Positions 11,348-20,397 of a stretch of DNA of 64,000 nucleotides are shown here, piece by piece. Numbering within the stretch: position 1 is the first letter of the stretch; each line of letters opens with the position of its first letter. The position numbers and the translations under genes are program-made. The notes beneath the pieces were generated by a model. The model made no database searches and was not told the origin of the DNA. It worked only from the letters and a program-made list of their open reading frames with translations. Source of the stretch: an uncultured bacterium (GTDB taxonomy: Bacteria > Krumholzibacteriota > Krumholzibacteriia > JACNKJ01). The stretch is from NCBI GenBank assembly GCA_964440095.1, contig CAYTPZ010000001.1, positions 261,327-325,326 on the forward strand, in the 5' to 3' direction.

Positions 11348-12229
11348 TCATGGGCTCGTGGAAATCCCACTTGGCGCGATGACCTGGGCAAAAGCCGCCG
11401 TTTCGCCGCGCGCCCAGACGCGCAAAGTTGAGTTCGCGCGCCCGAAGTTCGCCGCCGGAAGCAAAGCCCGCCCAGCCGGATCCCAGGGGGCACTGTACCT
11501 TAGATAGGGCAGAGACGCGTTCCCCTCCCCTTTCGGACGAGGTAGAGGATTGGCCTCAATCAGAAGGTCGTTCCAACTGGCGCCACCCCAGGACCGGCCT
11601 TCAGCCAAGATGTGGCCATCCAATTCGCGGAGGGCTCCCAGCATTGCAGCCTGCCCCTTGGTCTTGTAGATAAGAAGGTCGCCGGAAACCATGAGGTCAC
11701 CCAATTCAAAGCCCGTGGGCTGGGCAGCAAGCCATCCACCTTCAGCCCTGCTAAGGGCCTCCTCGCTGGAGGCGAGGAGGAAGAACCTGCCATGGCGCCG
11801 AGCCAGGTAAGCCCCGGTTCGCCAGATTCCCTCTTCCTCACTCAGGATTCGGGACTCCACATTGGCGCGTTCAAGTCTGCTGAGTGGTCCGAGCAGCCAC
11901 CAATTATCATCAGCCGCCTTTGCGAAGACCCATTCCCCGCTGCTGAAGAGTTTGAGTCCCAGGGCTTCCTCAATACTCGCACTCGGCATACCCATGGCCT
12001 CGGCCATTTGAAGAGCCGCACCCTTGCCTTCCGGCCAGAGATCTCGGGGAAAATAACGATGACTGTTGCGCCTCTGAACAAAGCCGTCGCAGTCGGGGGG
12101 CAATGCCGCCAAGGCGGGTAGCCCTTGATCGCGGCGCTCTTCCCGCTGGGCGGCCAAGGGCGTAACGATGAATCGGATCACCACGAGGAAGAGAAGGAAA
12201 ACTCCCAGGGGAATCAGAACCCGCTTCAC
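11348..12229 (-). CDS. hypothetical membrane-anchored protein (N-terminal TM/signal anchor), co-operonic with the helicase-exonuclease
   Basis: 293 aa. N-terminus MKRVLIPLGVFLLFLVVIRFIV. Its start overlaps the stop of the upstream helicase gene (ATGA). No known motif. Confidence 0.5.
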   Translation of the reverse strand: MKRVLIPLGVFLLFLVVIRFIVTPLAAQREERRDQGLPALAALPPDCDGFVQRRNSHRYFPRDLWPEGKGAALQMAEAMGMPSASIEEALGLKLFSSGEWVFAKAADDNWWLLGPLSRLERANVESRILSEEEGIWRTGAYLARRHGRFFLLASSEEALSRAEGGWLAAQPTGFELGDLMVSGDLLIYKTKGQAAMLGALRELDGHILAEGRSWGGASWNDLLIEANPLPRPKGEGNASLPYLRYSAPWDPAGRALLPAANFGRANSTLRVWARGETAAFAQVIAPSGISTSP

Positions 12230-15200
12230 GATGGTTTCTCGCTTTCCTCATGCACCAGGGACGACAAGAAGCGGCTGGGCTCCTGAACGAATCCGCCGCG
12301 AGATGTTACCCTGGTGAGGGTGAGAGATTTCCCCGCGCGGGTCATGGCCACATAGAGCAGGCGACGCTCCTCCTCCACGGCTTCCGGGTCCGGCGCTCGC
12401 AGCGCGTAATAACCGGGCAGCACATTTTCCTCGAGTCCCGCGATGTAGACCTGATCGAACTCCAAACCCTTGGCCGCGTGAATAGTCATGAGTTGCACCG
12501 CGTCCTGACCTTCGGCCGAATCCTGACTGCGATAGAGGGCAAGGAAGTCGAGGAAAGATGCCAGGGAGTCGCCCAGAAAAAGCTCGTCGAAGCGAGGGAG
12601 CAAGGCCAGGAATCGTTCCTCCTCGCTGCTGCGCCCGCGGAAGAGTTCAGGCGCTTCTCCTTCTAATCCGGAAGCGGCTAGCAGTGCGGCTTCCAGGTCT
12701 TTGCGGGCCGATCCTTCGCTCAGTTTCTCTAGCCAAGGGCTTCCACTGGCCAATAGACGGCGCACGCCCATTCCAAAAAGTGTGTGAGCGGTGCTGTCAC
12801 CAGGGCTGGGTGGGCCCGAGGGATCCATTTGCATGACCAGGGCCAAAGGCGCGAGACCGTCCCGGCCCGAACGGCGCGCCAGGCGTTTGAGTTGGAGAGC
12901 CTGCATCTGATCGAAGGCCTCACCCAGGCAGCGACAATCATCCAGGGCACGATGGCGAGCCTGGGCGGAGATGCCGAAACGTTCGATGAGGTCTTCCAGA
13001 CGGTTTCGCTCGCGAGGATACAGTCGACGCGCCAGGGCAAGGCTATCGTAGAGAGCCTGTCTCGGACGGGCGAAGCCCAACTCACGGGCCGCGCGCACGA
13101 GCACGGGGAAGTCGAAGCTGGATCCATTGTGCGCCACCAAATCAAGATCTCCCACGAAACGTAAAAATTCGGCGATTGCCTGGGCGGGCGGCGGCGCGTT
13201 TTCCAACATGGCATCGTCGATACCATGTACCGCGGTGGATTCGGCGGGTACAGGGCCTGCCGGTTTCACCAGTGATTCGAAGCGAGCCACTTCACGTCCG
13301 CCTTCGTACCTGATTGCGCCGATCTCGAGAATTTCGCAGCGGGCGGTATCGATGCCGGTGGTTTCCAAATCGAAAATCACATAGTCACGTAGGGGTTGGT
13401 ACTCGGCGGCACGCCAAAGCTGGTAGAGCCGGAAGAAGAGAAGCGGAGCAATCTCCCCCGCCACACGATGCCGCTTCCCACCGCCTTCCAGAATGATGGC
13501 ATGGCTCTCGGCCTCAAGTCGAAGACGCGGTCCCTCGGGCGGCTCCGCGCCACCGGGAATGAGACTTTTGCGATACCATGGCTCCAGTGTCTGACCAAGC
13601 CAGTCCAGATAGATCTGTTCCTGCTTCGGATCGGGAGCGCTTAATGAAATGCGCTTGCCTCGACGAAGCATAGAGCGCAATTCATCCAAGAGATCTTCCA
13701 AGCCTTCGACCTCAAAGGGATCGCCGGGAAGCTCTGCCTCGGTGTCCTCTTCGATTTCCAAGAGAACTTCCCCCACCAACTGGCGAAGGGTTTTCCCCTT
13801 TTGCCCGGCGCGCAGATTGCTGAGGCGCGCAATTCTTTCGTCCAGTTTCCAGCTCAGACGAGCCAGCAGCGAAAGGCGTTCGCCGCTAGCTTCCCATTCT
13901 CCCCGAGAGCTCGGAACCGTTTCCGCAGGCATCAAAACCGAGAGAGCGCTTAAGCCTTGAGGGAAACTCTTCTCGAACTCTGCCAGCCACAACTCCTCGG
14001 TTTTGCCCGATGTCGCTTCCTGGAAAGAACGCCAGCGCCGGGATTGTCCGCGCAGGGCATCTCGATGGCGGCGAACGGCATTGAGCGCCTGCCTCCAAGA
14101 GCCTTCATTGCGCCTTAGCAATTCCCCCATGAGCGAGGTGGACCCGGGATCAAGATGCGCCCGGAGCACACGACCCATGGCGTCATCGTCGACAGGATTT
14201 CTGAGCAGTCGCAGAGTGGCGAGAATCTGTAGAATACGCGGCTGGTCCAGCAGCCCACGCCCCGAGATCATCTCCACGGGAATTCGTTCGCCCATGAGGC
14301 GACCTTCCAGATACTCGCCGATGGAGTGCTTGGGGTAGAGGATGGCCACGTCGCGCCAGTGCAAATCTCGATCGCGCAGACGCTCCTGCCGAATGTCGGC
14401 GCCCAGGAAGGCGGCTTCGTCCTCTTCGCTGTCGAAACTTTCCACGCGCAACTGACCCTCGCCGCCGGCACGACTTTGCAGAGTTTTCGCCGAAGCTATT
14501 TCACCGCCTAGAAGAGCTTTGGCGCCATCGAGAATTTCCTCGCGATTGCGATAGTTTTCCTCCAGGAAAATCTCGCGAGGCTCATAGTCGCGCCGATAGT
14601 CGGCCAGGTTGCGAGGATCGGCCCCCCGCCAGGCGTAGATAGATTGATTTGCGTCGGCCACCAGAAAACTGCGACCATCCTCGGGCAGCAGGTGACGAAG
14701 GATGCGATACTGCAAGGCATCGGTGTCCTGAAATTCATCCACCAAGACATGGGCCCATCGCTCCCGCACCTGCTTCTGCAGATCTGCGTTTTCACACAGC
14801 AGTTTGCGTGTGAGATCCAGGATGTCGTCGAAATCCACAGCCTTTTCCGAACGAAGCAAGCCCTGGTATTCCTTGAAGAGATCCTGCTGCAATCCGCTTA
14901 GCAGCTTCGCGTCCTGATCCACCCGGTAAATGCCGAAGCGCCCGAGCAACAAACGAAGTTCTTTGTCTTCCGGCTCGCGACTGGAAAAATCAAGCTTCTG
15001 CCATGCTCGCCTGAGCACCGCCAACTGACGTCCCTCATCGGCGACGGAAAAATCGGGAGGCAGATCGGCCCTCTCGGCATGTTCTCGCAGAAGATGAATG
15101 CCGAAGTGATGGAAGGTACCCGCCGCCACCTGCCCCGCACGCTCGCCCAGATAACCGGCCAGACGATCCACCATGACCGACGCGGCCTTGCGCGTGAAGG

Positions 15201-15393
15201 TGAGCGCGAGAATACTGGATGCGTCCACACCCGCCACACTTCCCAGATAGACAATGCGATTGACAAGGGTTCGAGTCTTACCCGTACCGGGCCCGGCCAT
15301 GACGAGAATGTGCGAATCCGGTGCGAAGACGGCCTCGCGTTGCCGAGGATTCAGCTCCTGCTCCAGATCCCTCCACAGGCTCGGCGAACTCAC
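12226..15393 (-). CDS. UvrD/PcrA/Rep-family SF1 DNA helicase with an internal DnaQ-like (DEDDh) 3'-5' exonuclease domain
   Basis: Helicase motifs: I AGPGTGKT, Ia LTFTRKAA, II VLVDEFQDT, III ADANQSIYAWRGA, IV ENYRNREEIL, V/VI TIHAAKGLEFDQVYIAGL and YVAMTRAGKSL. An inserted roughly 170-aa domain (aa 660-830, nt about 12900..13420) carries the exonuclease motifs Exo I VIFDLETTG, Exo II VAHNGSSFDFPVL and Exo III HRALDDCRCL. Confidence 0.85.
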   Translation of the reverse strand: MSSPSLWRDLEQELNPRQREAVFAPDSHILVMAGPGTGKTRTLVNRIVYLGSVAGVDASSILALTFTRKAASVMVDRLAGYLGERAGQVAAGTFHHFGIHLLREHAERADLPPDFSVADEGRQLAVLRRAWQKLDFSSREPEDKELRLLLGRFGIYRVDQDAKLLSGLQQDLFKEYQGLLRSEKAVDFDDILDLTRKLLCENADLQKQVRERWAHVLVDEFQDTDALQYRILRHLLPEDGRSFLVADANQSIYAWRGADPRNLADYRRDYEPREIFLEENYRNREEILDGAKALLGGEIASAKTLQSRAGGEGQLRVESFDSEEDEAAFLGADIRQERLRDRDLHWRDVAILYPKHSIGEYLEGRLMGERIPVEMISGRGLLDQPRILQILATLRLLRNPVDDDAMGRVLRAHLDPGSTSLMGELLRRNEGSWRQALNAVRRHRDALRGQSRRWRSFQEATSGKTEELWLAEFEKSFPQGLSALSVLMPAETVPSSRGEWEASGERLSLLARLSWKLDERIARLSNLRAGQKGKTLRQLVGEVLLEIEEDTEAELPGDPFEVEGLEDLLDELRSMLRRGKRISLSAPDPKQEQIYLDWLGQTLEPWYRKSLIPGGAEPPEGPRLRLEAESHAIILEGGGKRHRVAGEIAPLLFFRLYQLWRAAEYQPLRDYVIFDLETTGIDTARCEILEIGAIRYEGGREVARFESLVKPAGPVPAESTAVHGIDDAMLENAPPPAQAIAEFLRFVGDLDLVAHNGSSFDFPVLVRAARELGFARPRQALYDSLALARRLYPRERNRLEDLIERFGISAQARHRALDDCRCLGEAFDQMQALQLKRLARRSGRDGLAPLALVMQMDPSGPPSPGDSTAHTLFGMGVRRLLASGSPWLEKLSEGSARKDLEAALLAASGLEGEAPELFRGRSSEEERFLALLPRFDELFLGDSLASFLDFLALYRSQDSAEGQDAVQLMTIHAAKGLEFDQVYIAGLEENVLPGYYALRAPDPEAVEEERRLLYVAMTRAGKSLTLTRVTSRGGFVQEPSRFLSSLVHEESEKPS

Positions 15394-15516
15394 AGGGACT
15401 CCTTAGGGGATGGTGTGGATCTGAATTCGGTGCTGATGATCAATGAGCGCATGAAATCCTCCTGAAAGGAGCAGTCTATGCGCAGTGCCGTCTTGAGGCA
15501 ACGAAGTTCCGGATAT

Positions 15517-15548
15517 GAAAAACCCCGCCCTGGGCTAAAAGGGCGGAA
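15517..15548 (-). terminator. Rho-independent terminator downstream of the secreted-protein gene (stem CCGCCCT/AGGGCGG, T-tract on minus strand)
   Basis: 7-bp perfect inverted repeat at 15525..15531 and 15540..15546, with an 8-nt loop. It is followed on the minus strand by GGTTTTTC. Confidence 0.55.
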
Positions 15549-15574
15549 TGGAAGTACTGCGGCCAGCTGGTCGC

Positions 15575-16309
15575 TTAGCGATACAGGCTCTTGAGGGAAC
15601 TCCAACTAGTTTCTTCGGTGCGGGTGGCGCAGCCGGTGATGATCACCGTCACGCCGGAGATTTGTCCCCAAACGCCACGGGAGCCGGTCTCGCTGCAGTT
15701 AGCACTCATGAATAAGGGGAAATCCGGGGGCAGGTTGTCCAGGGGATCACCGTCGATATCTGTGTAACCAAGGCCGGTGGAATTGGCGATAACGAACTCC
15801 ATGCAGGTGTCATAGCCGTCGAAAACCGCCGTCATGTTGATATTGGCGATCATACCAACGCTCACGCCTTCGTAGTACTGGTAAGTCGTGTAGGAAACGA
15901 AGTTCACGACGTCGGCCCAGTATTCCGTGTCGCCGCCGTCCCAGGCTTCGCCCGTGCCGGCCATCCAGAGACGTCCGCCGCAATATTCATTGCGCCAGGT
16001 CTGGTAACCGGTCTGGTTGGTGTCGAGGTTGTCGTTCATCAGGACGGGTTCGACGCAAAGCGTAATGCAGGAGACCGACCACTGTGCCGCCAAGTTCGCG
16101 CCATTCCAGGACTGTGCCTGAAGGGTGTTGCCAATTTCGCCCCATGATCCGTCAGCGACACTCTCGGGCCATGATTCTGTGCCGTGGCCCATCTGGATGT
16201 TTCCACCCAGGTCCACGGAGAAGTAAGCACCATTAACGGGAGGGCCCGCTAGCGCGGGAGTCACTATCAACGTAATGAGCCCGGCAGTGAGTAGCAGTAG
16301 TTTTTTCAT
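15575..16309 (-). CDS. hypothetical secreted protein (Gly/Trp/Asp-rich), signal peptide
   Basis: Start re-placed at internal ATG 16309 (MKKLLLLTAGLITLIVTPALA signal peptide). 244 aa with no recognisable domain. Confidence 0.55.
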   Translation of the reverse strand: MKKLLLLTAGLITLIVTPALAGPPVNGAYFSVDLGGNIQMGHGTESWPESVADGSWGEIGNTLQAQSWNGANLAAQWSVSCITLCVEPVLMNDNLDTNQTGYQTWRNEYCGGRLWMAGTGEAWDGGDTEYWADVVNFVSYTTYQYYEGVSVGMIANINMTAVFDGYDTCMEFVIANSTGLGYTDIDGDPLDNLPPDFPLFMSANCSETGSRGVWGQISGVTVIITGCATRTEETSWSSLKSLYR

Positions 16310-16413
16310 TTTCGCATCGGGGTTCCTGTTTACCCAAGTCAAAAGTTGCTGAGGCATTAGTTGGGCTGGCGACCTGCGAAAACCGGTTGGGATTGCCTTC
16401 CGAGAAAGAGTAT

Positions 16414-16423
16414 ATTCTAGAAT
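16414..16423. repeat. perfect 10-bp palindrome ATTCTAGAAT in an AT-rich divergent intergenic region
   Basis: Seen directly in the sequence. The related motif CTAGAATTG recurs at 16543..16551 as the -10 region of the trmH-family promoter. Confidence 0.5.
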
Positions 16424-16433
16424 TGGAAACCCC

Positions 16434-16471
16434 TTCAAGCTATTTATCAAGGCCATTCAAGCTATTTGTCG
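16434..16471. repeat. tandem direct repeat TTCAAGCTATTT(A/G)TC x2, 23-bp centre-to-centre
   Basis: Copies at 16434..16448 and 16457..16471, between divergently transcribed genes. Candidate regulator binding sites. Confidence 0.5.
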
Positions 16472-16520
16472 GAAGAAATTTTTATCCACTTAACGTATCT
16501 TTTCTCAAGTGCTCCCAGCA

Positions 16521-16549
16521 TTGCCAAAGCTATCTGCATCCCCTAGAAT
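16521..16549 (+). promoter_or_regulatory. sigma70-like promoter for the TrmH-family gene (TTGCCA-17-TAGAAT)
   Basis: -35 at 16521..16526 and -10 at 16544..16549, 30 bp upstream of the GGAG SD and ATG 16581. Confidence 0.5.
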
Positions 16550-16580
16550 TGCTCTTTCCTTAGCAAGATTTGGAGCGAAG

Positions 16581-17159
16581 ATGACGTTAGATCCTCATCA
16601 TTCCATGTGGAGGGACAAGAGGGAGTCGCCGGAAGGTCCCAGGGCTCCGGTTTACGCGCTTTTGGACAATATCAGGAGCGCTCAAAATGTTGGCGATATG
16701 TTTAGAAGCGCCGACGCACTTTTCATAGAACATCTCTATCTTGTTGGAATCACGGCATTTCCCCCGAACAGCAAACTGGAGAAGACGGCCTTGGGAGCCA
16801 GCGAGACGGTGCCCTGGTCCCATCATTTGAGGCTTTTTGACGCCGTGGAAGAAATTCGAGGGGCAGGAACACCCATTGTAGCTGTGGAAATGACCCCATC
16901 GAGCCAATCCCTTTTCGAATGGGAAGGCCCCGCCCAGGCCTGCTTTGTTTTTGGCCACGAAGTCATGGGTGTAGACCGGGAATTGATCCGCCAGGCCGAT
17001 TCTGTCGTGCACCTGCCCATGTCGGGGCTAAAAAACAGCCTCAATGTTTCCTCCAGTTTCGCCGTGACCCTCTATCATCACCTTGCGCGACATGGACTTC
17101 TCAGCCAAGGCCCGCCCAAACTCAAGGAATCCTACCTGCCCGACAAACGCCGAAGCTAA
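16581..17159 (+). CDS. TrmH/SpoU-family RNA 2'-O-methyltransferase
   Basis: SPOUT motifs: NIRSAQNVGDMFRSADA, VFGHEVMGV and LPMSGLKNSLNVSSSFAVTLY. Start at ATG 16581 after GGAG. Confidence 0.8.
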   Translation: MTLDPHHSMWRDKRESPEGPRAPVYALLDNIRSAQNVGDMFRSADALFIEHLYLVGITAFPPNSKLEKTALGASETVPWSHHLRLFDAVEEIRGAGTPIVAVEMTPSSQSLFEWEGPAQACFVFGHEVMGVDRELIRQADSVVHLPMSGLKNSLNVSSSFAVTLYHHLARHGLLSQGPPKLKESYLPDKRRS

Positions 17160-17192
17160 GCGTTTCCGTCTTGCGAAACATTTCACTAAAAG

Positions 17193-17241
17193 ATTGACAG
17201 GATCTACCGAATCCATATTTTCGGTTATGCGGATATGTGGA
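17193..17241 (+). promoter_or_regulatory. promoter (TTGACA-16-TATTTT) plus imperfect inverted repeat GAATCCATAT / ATATGTGGATC, the candidate operator of the ArsR-family regulator
   Basis: -35 at 17193..17198 and -10 at 17215..17220. Half-sites at 17209..17218 and 17231..17241 overlap and follow the -10, as is typical for ArsR/SmtB autoregulation. Confidence 0.45.
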
Positions 17242-17258
17242 TCTGAATAGGAGAGCTC

Positions 17259-17579
17259 ATGGAACGCAACCCCGAAGACATCCAGGCAGCGGCGAGAATC
17301 TTCAAAGCGCTATCCCACCCCGCCCGCCTCGAGATCGCCTGTCACCTTTCCCAAGACGGACCTTCGACGCAAAAGAATCTCATAGGCCAATTGGGATGGC
17401 CCCAGTCCACCATGGCTCGCCACCTCGGTCCCCTAAGAGATCTCGGTCTGATCGAAGGTCAAAGGCGAGGAACCGAAGTTGAGCTCAGCGTCACCAGCGA
17501 GTTGGTTAGCGACATGGTGCAATCGCTCTGCGACTGGCTTCACGAAGACAGACATGGAACCGCCAAGGAGGACGCATGA
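17259..17579 (+). CDS. ArsR/SmtB-family transcriptional regulator with a SqrR/BigR-like two-cysteine arrangement
   Basis: HTH region SHPARLEIACHLSQDGPSTQKNLIGQLGWPQSTMARHL. Cys28 and Cys91 are spaced 63 aa apart. No ELCVC metal site. Stop overlaps the psrA-like start (ATGA). Confidence 0.8.
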   Translation: MERNPEDIQAAARIFKALSHPARLEIACHLSQDGPSTQKNLIGQLGWPQSTMARHLGPLRDLGLIEGQRRGTEVELSVTSELVSDMVQSLCDWLHEDRHGTAKEDA

Positions 17580-19843
17580 ATCGCCGTGATTTCATCAAGA
17601 TCGGATCAGGTGGTGCAGCGGGTGCGGCATTGTTGGGTGGGCTGACCACAGATTGGTATGGAAGCTACGAGAACAAACTCGAGAATCCCGACACCGATGG
17701 CGAGCGCATCGTTCCCAGCTTCTGTGAACTCTGCTTCTGGAAGTGCGGAATCTTGGCCCATGTGAAAGATGGGCGCATCACGAAGATCAAAGGCAACCCC
17801 AAGCATCCCCTTTCCCGAGGACGCCTCTGCCCCCGCGGAGCCGGTGGCACAGGATTGCTCTACGATCCCGATCGACTCAAGCAACCCATGGTACGCGTGG
17901 GTAAAAACGGTATGCAGAATTTCGAGGCAGTCAGTTGGGACACCGCCCTGGATGAAGTGGCCGACAAATTCGAAATGATCCGTCAGCGCTATGGCCCCGA
18001 AGCCCTGGCCCTCTATTATCACGGTTTCGGCGCCAACTGGATGAAGCACCTCTTCAAGGCCTATGGCAGCCCGAACATCGCGGCTCCCTCCTATGCTCAG
18101 TGCCGTGGACCTCGTGATGTGGGTTTCGATCTGACCTTCGGAAGCATTGTCGGCTCGCCGGAAATCATCGACATGCAGAACAGTCGCTGCATAACGCTGA
18201 TCGGCTCTCACCTGGGCGAGAACATGCACAACACCCAGGTGCAGGATTTCGCCACGGCTATTCGTGACGGCGCTGATCTCATCGTTGTGGATCCACGTTA
18301 CTCGGTGGCCGCCTCCAAGGCGAAATACTGGCTGCCGATAAAGCCGGGCACGGATATCGCTCTTCTACTTGCCTGGATGCACGTACTCGTCGATGAGGGC
18401 CTCTACGACAAAGAATACATCGACAATTACGCCTACGGTTTCGATCAACTGAAGGAGCACGTGAAGCCCTTCTCGCCGGAGTGGGCATATCCCCGAACTG
18501 GCATTGAACCCGAGCTCATTCGCCGCACGGCCCATCTCATGGCAGGCGCAAGGCCGGCCTCGTTCATCCATCCCGGGCGCCATGTCACCTGGATGGGCGA
18601 CGACACCCAGCGCTCGCGCGCCATCGCCATCGTCAACGCCTTGCTGGGGTCTTGGGGACGCAAAGGCGGGTTCTACATTCCCTCGCAACTCGAGCTGCCC
18701 AAGTACAAGTACCCGGGATATCTCCCTCCCGGACGGCAGGCGGCCGATCGCCCCAACGCCAGCAGTTTTCCCTTAGGTGACAAGGTACTGGCCCAGGGCG
18801 TCTGCAACGCCACCATTCCGGGCTTGGCCGAGTACGACCTTAAAGGATGGATGGTATACGGCTCCAACCTGCCCACCACGCTTCCCGATCCCAAGACCAC
18901 CTACGAGGCCATCCAGAAGCTGGACTTCCTGGTGACCATTGAGGTGCTGCCCGCTGAAATCGCGGGATGGTCGGATGTGGTTCTACCCGAGGCCACCTAT
19001 CTGGAACGTTGCGACGAACTCCACAATCCGAATTATCGCGAACCTTATGTGGCGGTGCGCCAGGAAGTGGTGCCCCCCATGTACGAGAGCAAGCCGGGTT
19101 GGTGGATCGCCAAGGAACTGGGAAACCGCATGGGCCTGCCCGAATTTTTCCCATGGGAAAACAGCGAAGAATACGGCATGGCGCGTATCAAGGAAGCGGG
19201 ACTCGATTGCGATACCCTTCAAAAAGATGGCGTCATCCTCGGCAAGCCGGAGCCCTTGTACTTCGAGGAAGGTGCGGCACCCGACTTCTACACTAATACG
19301 GGAAAGATCGAACTCTACTCTACGCGTTTGGCGGAGCACAATTTCGATCCCATTCCAGTCTTCACGCCTCCTGAGGAAGCTCCGGACGGATACTACCGGT
19401 TGCTCTTCGGACGCACCCCCACCCATACCTTCGGCCGAACCACCAACAATCGACTGCTGTCGGAGGTTTACAAAGAGAACCATGTTTGGGTGAATAGGGG
19501 CGTTGCACTCAAGTGGGGTCTGAAAGATGGACAACGTGTCTACCTGCAGAACCAGGACGGTGTGAAGTCGACTTTCACATTGCCCGTCAAGGTGACCAAT
19601 CGAATTCGCCCCGAGGCGGTCTTCCTGGTCCACGGGTATGGACGCAAGGCCAAGTTGCTTTCCTTCGTCTATGGAAAGGGCGTGGATTCAGCCGAACTGG
19701 TTACCCGATACAAGGTGGATCCAATCATGGGAGGCACGGGGATGAACGTGAATTTCGTCACCTTCATACCCGCCGATGAAGAAAGCGCCAACCCCGGTGG
19801 CCATGCCGATGCATCGACTGAGAATAAGGAGGTGACCACATGA
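17576..19843 (+). CDS. Tat-exported molybdopterin (Mo-bisPGD) oxidoreductase catalytic subunit, PsrA/PhsA-like (polysulfide/thiosulfate reductase family)
   Basis: Twin-arginine signal MNRRDFIKIGSGGAAGAALLGG. N-terminal 4Fe-4S motif CELCFWKCG...CPRG. 755 aa, the size of PsrA/PhsA. AGGAGG SD. Confidence 0.85.
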   Translation: MNRRDFIKIGSGGAAGAALLGGLTTDWYGSYENKLENPDTDGERIVPSFCELCFWKCGILAHVKDGRITKIKGNPKHPLSRGRLCPRGAGGTGLLYDPDRLKQPMVRVGKNGMQNFEAVSWDTALDEVADKFEMIRQRYGPEALALYYHGFGANWMKHLFKAYGSPNIAAPSYAQCRGPRDVGFDLTFGSIVGSPEIIDMQNSRCITLIGSHLGENMHNTQVQDFATAIRDGADLIVVDPRYSVAASKAKYWLPIKPGTDIALLLAWMHVLVDEGLYDKEYIDNYAYGFDQLKEHVKPFSPEWAYPRTGIEPELIRRTAHLMAGARPASFIHPGRHVTWMGDDTQRSRAIAIVNALLGSWGRKGGFYIPSQLELPKYKYPGYLPPGRQAADRPNASSFPLGDKVLAQGVCNATIPGLAEYDLKGWMVYGSNLPTTLPDPKTTYEAIQKLDFLVTIEVLPAEIAGWSDVVLPEATYLERCDELHNPNYREPYVAVRQEVVPPMYESKPGWWIAKELGNRMGLPEFFPWENSEEYGMARIKEAGLDCDTLQKDGVILGKPEPLYFEEGAAPDFYTNTGKIELYSTRLAEHNFDPIPVFTPPEEAPDGYYRLLFGRTPTHTFGRTTNNRLLSEVYKENHVWVNRGVALKWGLKDGQRVYLQNQDGVKSTFTLPVKVTNRIRPEAVFLVHGYGRKAKLLSFVYGKGVDSAELVTRYKVDPIMGGTGMNVNFVTFIPADEESANPGGHADASTENKEVTT

Positions 19844-20388
19844 GCGAGCCCCGGTACGCCATGGTCATCGACACGAAAACCTGCGTCGGCTGCAGCGCCT
19901 GCGTGATTGGTTGCAAAACCGAAAACGACACGCCGGATGGCTACACCCGCGATTGGATCGTCACCGAAACCCGTGGCACCTTCCCCGATCTCAGCATGAC
20001 CATCACTTCACAGCGATGCAATCACTGCGAGGACGCTCCCTGCGTGAGGGCCTGCCCCACGGGCGCGTCCCATTATGCGGATGGCGGTCAGGTGAAAGTG
20101 AGTCGCAACAAGTGCACAGGGTGCAAAGCCTGCATCTCCGCCTGCCCCTACGGCGCTCGTTATCTGCACCCGGAAACGCGCACCGTGGACAAGTGCACCT
20201 TCTGCTATCACCGCATCGCGGAAGGTTTGACCACCACGTCCTGTCAGGAAATCTGCCCCACCACCAGTATCGTTTTCGGAGACCTGAACGATCCTGACAG
20301 TGAAGTGGTCGATTTGCTGGCCAGGAGAAAATACTTCACCCTGCGTCCCGATGCGGGAACTGAACCGCAGGTCTACTACCTGATCTAG
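19840..20388 (+). CDS. 4Fe-4S ferredoxin-type electron-transfer subunit, PsrB-like
   Basis: Four Cys clusters: CVGCSACVIGC, CNHCEDAPCVRACP, CTGCKACISACP and CTFCYHR...C. 182 aa. AAGGAGG SD. Confidence 0.85.
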   Translation: MSEPRYAMVIDTKTCVGCSACVIGCKTENDTPDGYTRDWIVTETRGTFPDLSMTITSQRCNHCEDAPCVRACPTGASHYADGGQVKVSRNKCTGCKACISACPYGARYLHPETRTVDKCTFCYHRIAEGLTTTSCQEICPTTSIVFGDLNDPDSEVVDLLARRKYFTLRPDAGTEPQVYYLI

Positions 20389-20397
20389 GAGGTGAGC

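Noticed and set aside
12250-15465. Plus-strand ORFs overlapping the helicase gene (12250..12666, 12784..13164, 15079..15465)
   Set aside because: These are antisense to a gene whose frame carries full SF1 helicase and DEDDh motifs. They are shadow ORFs.
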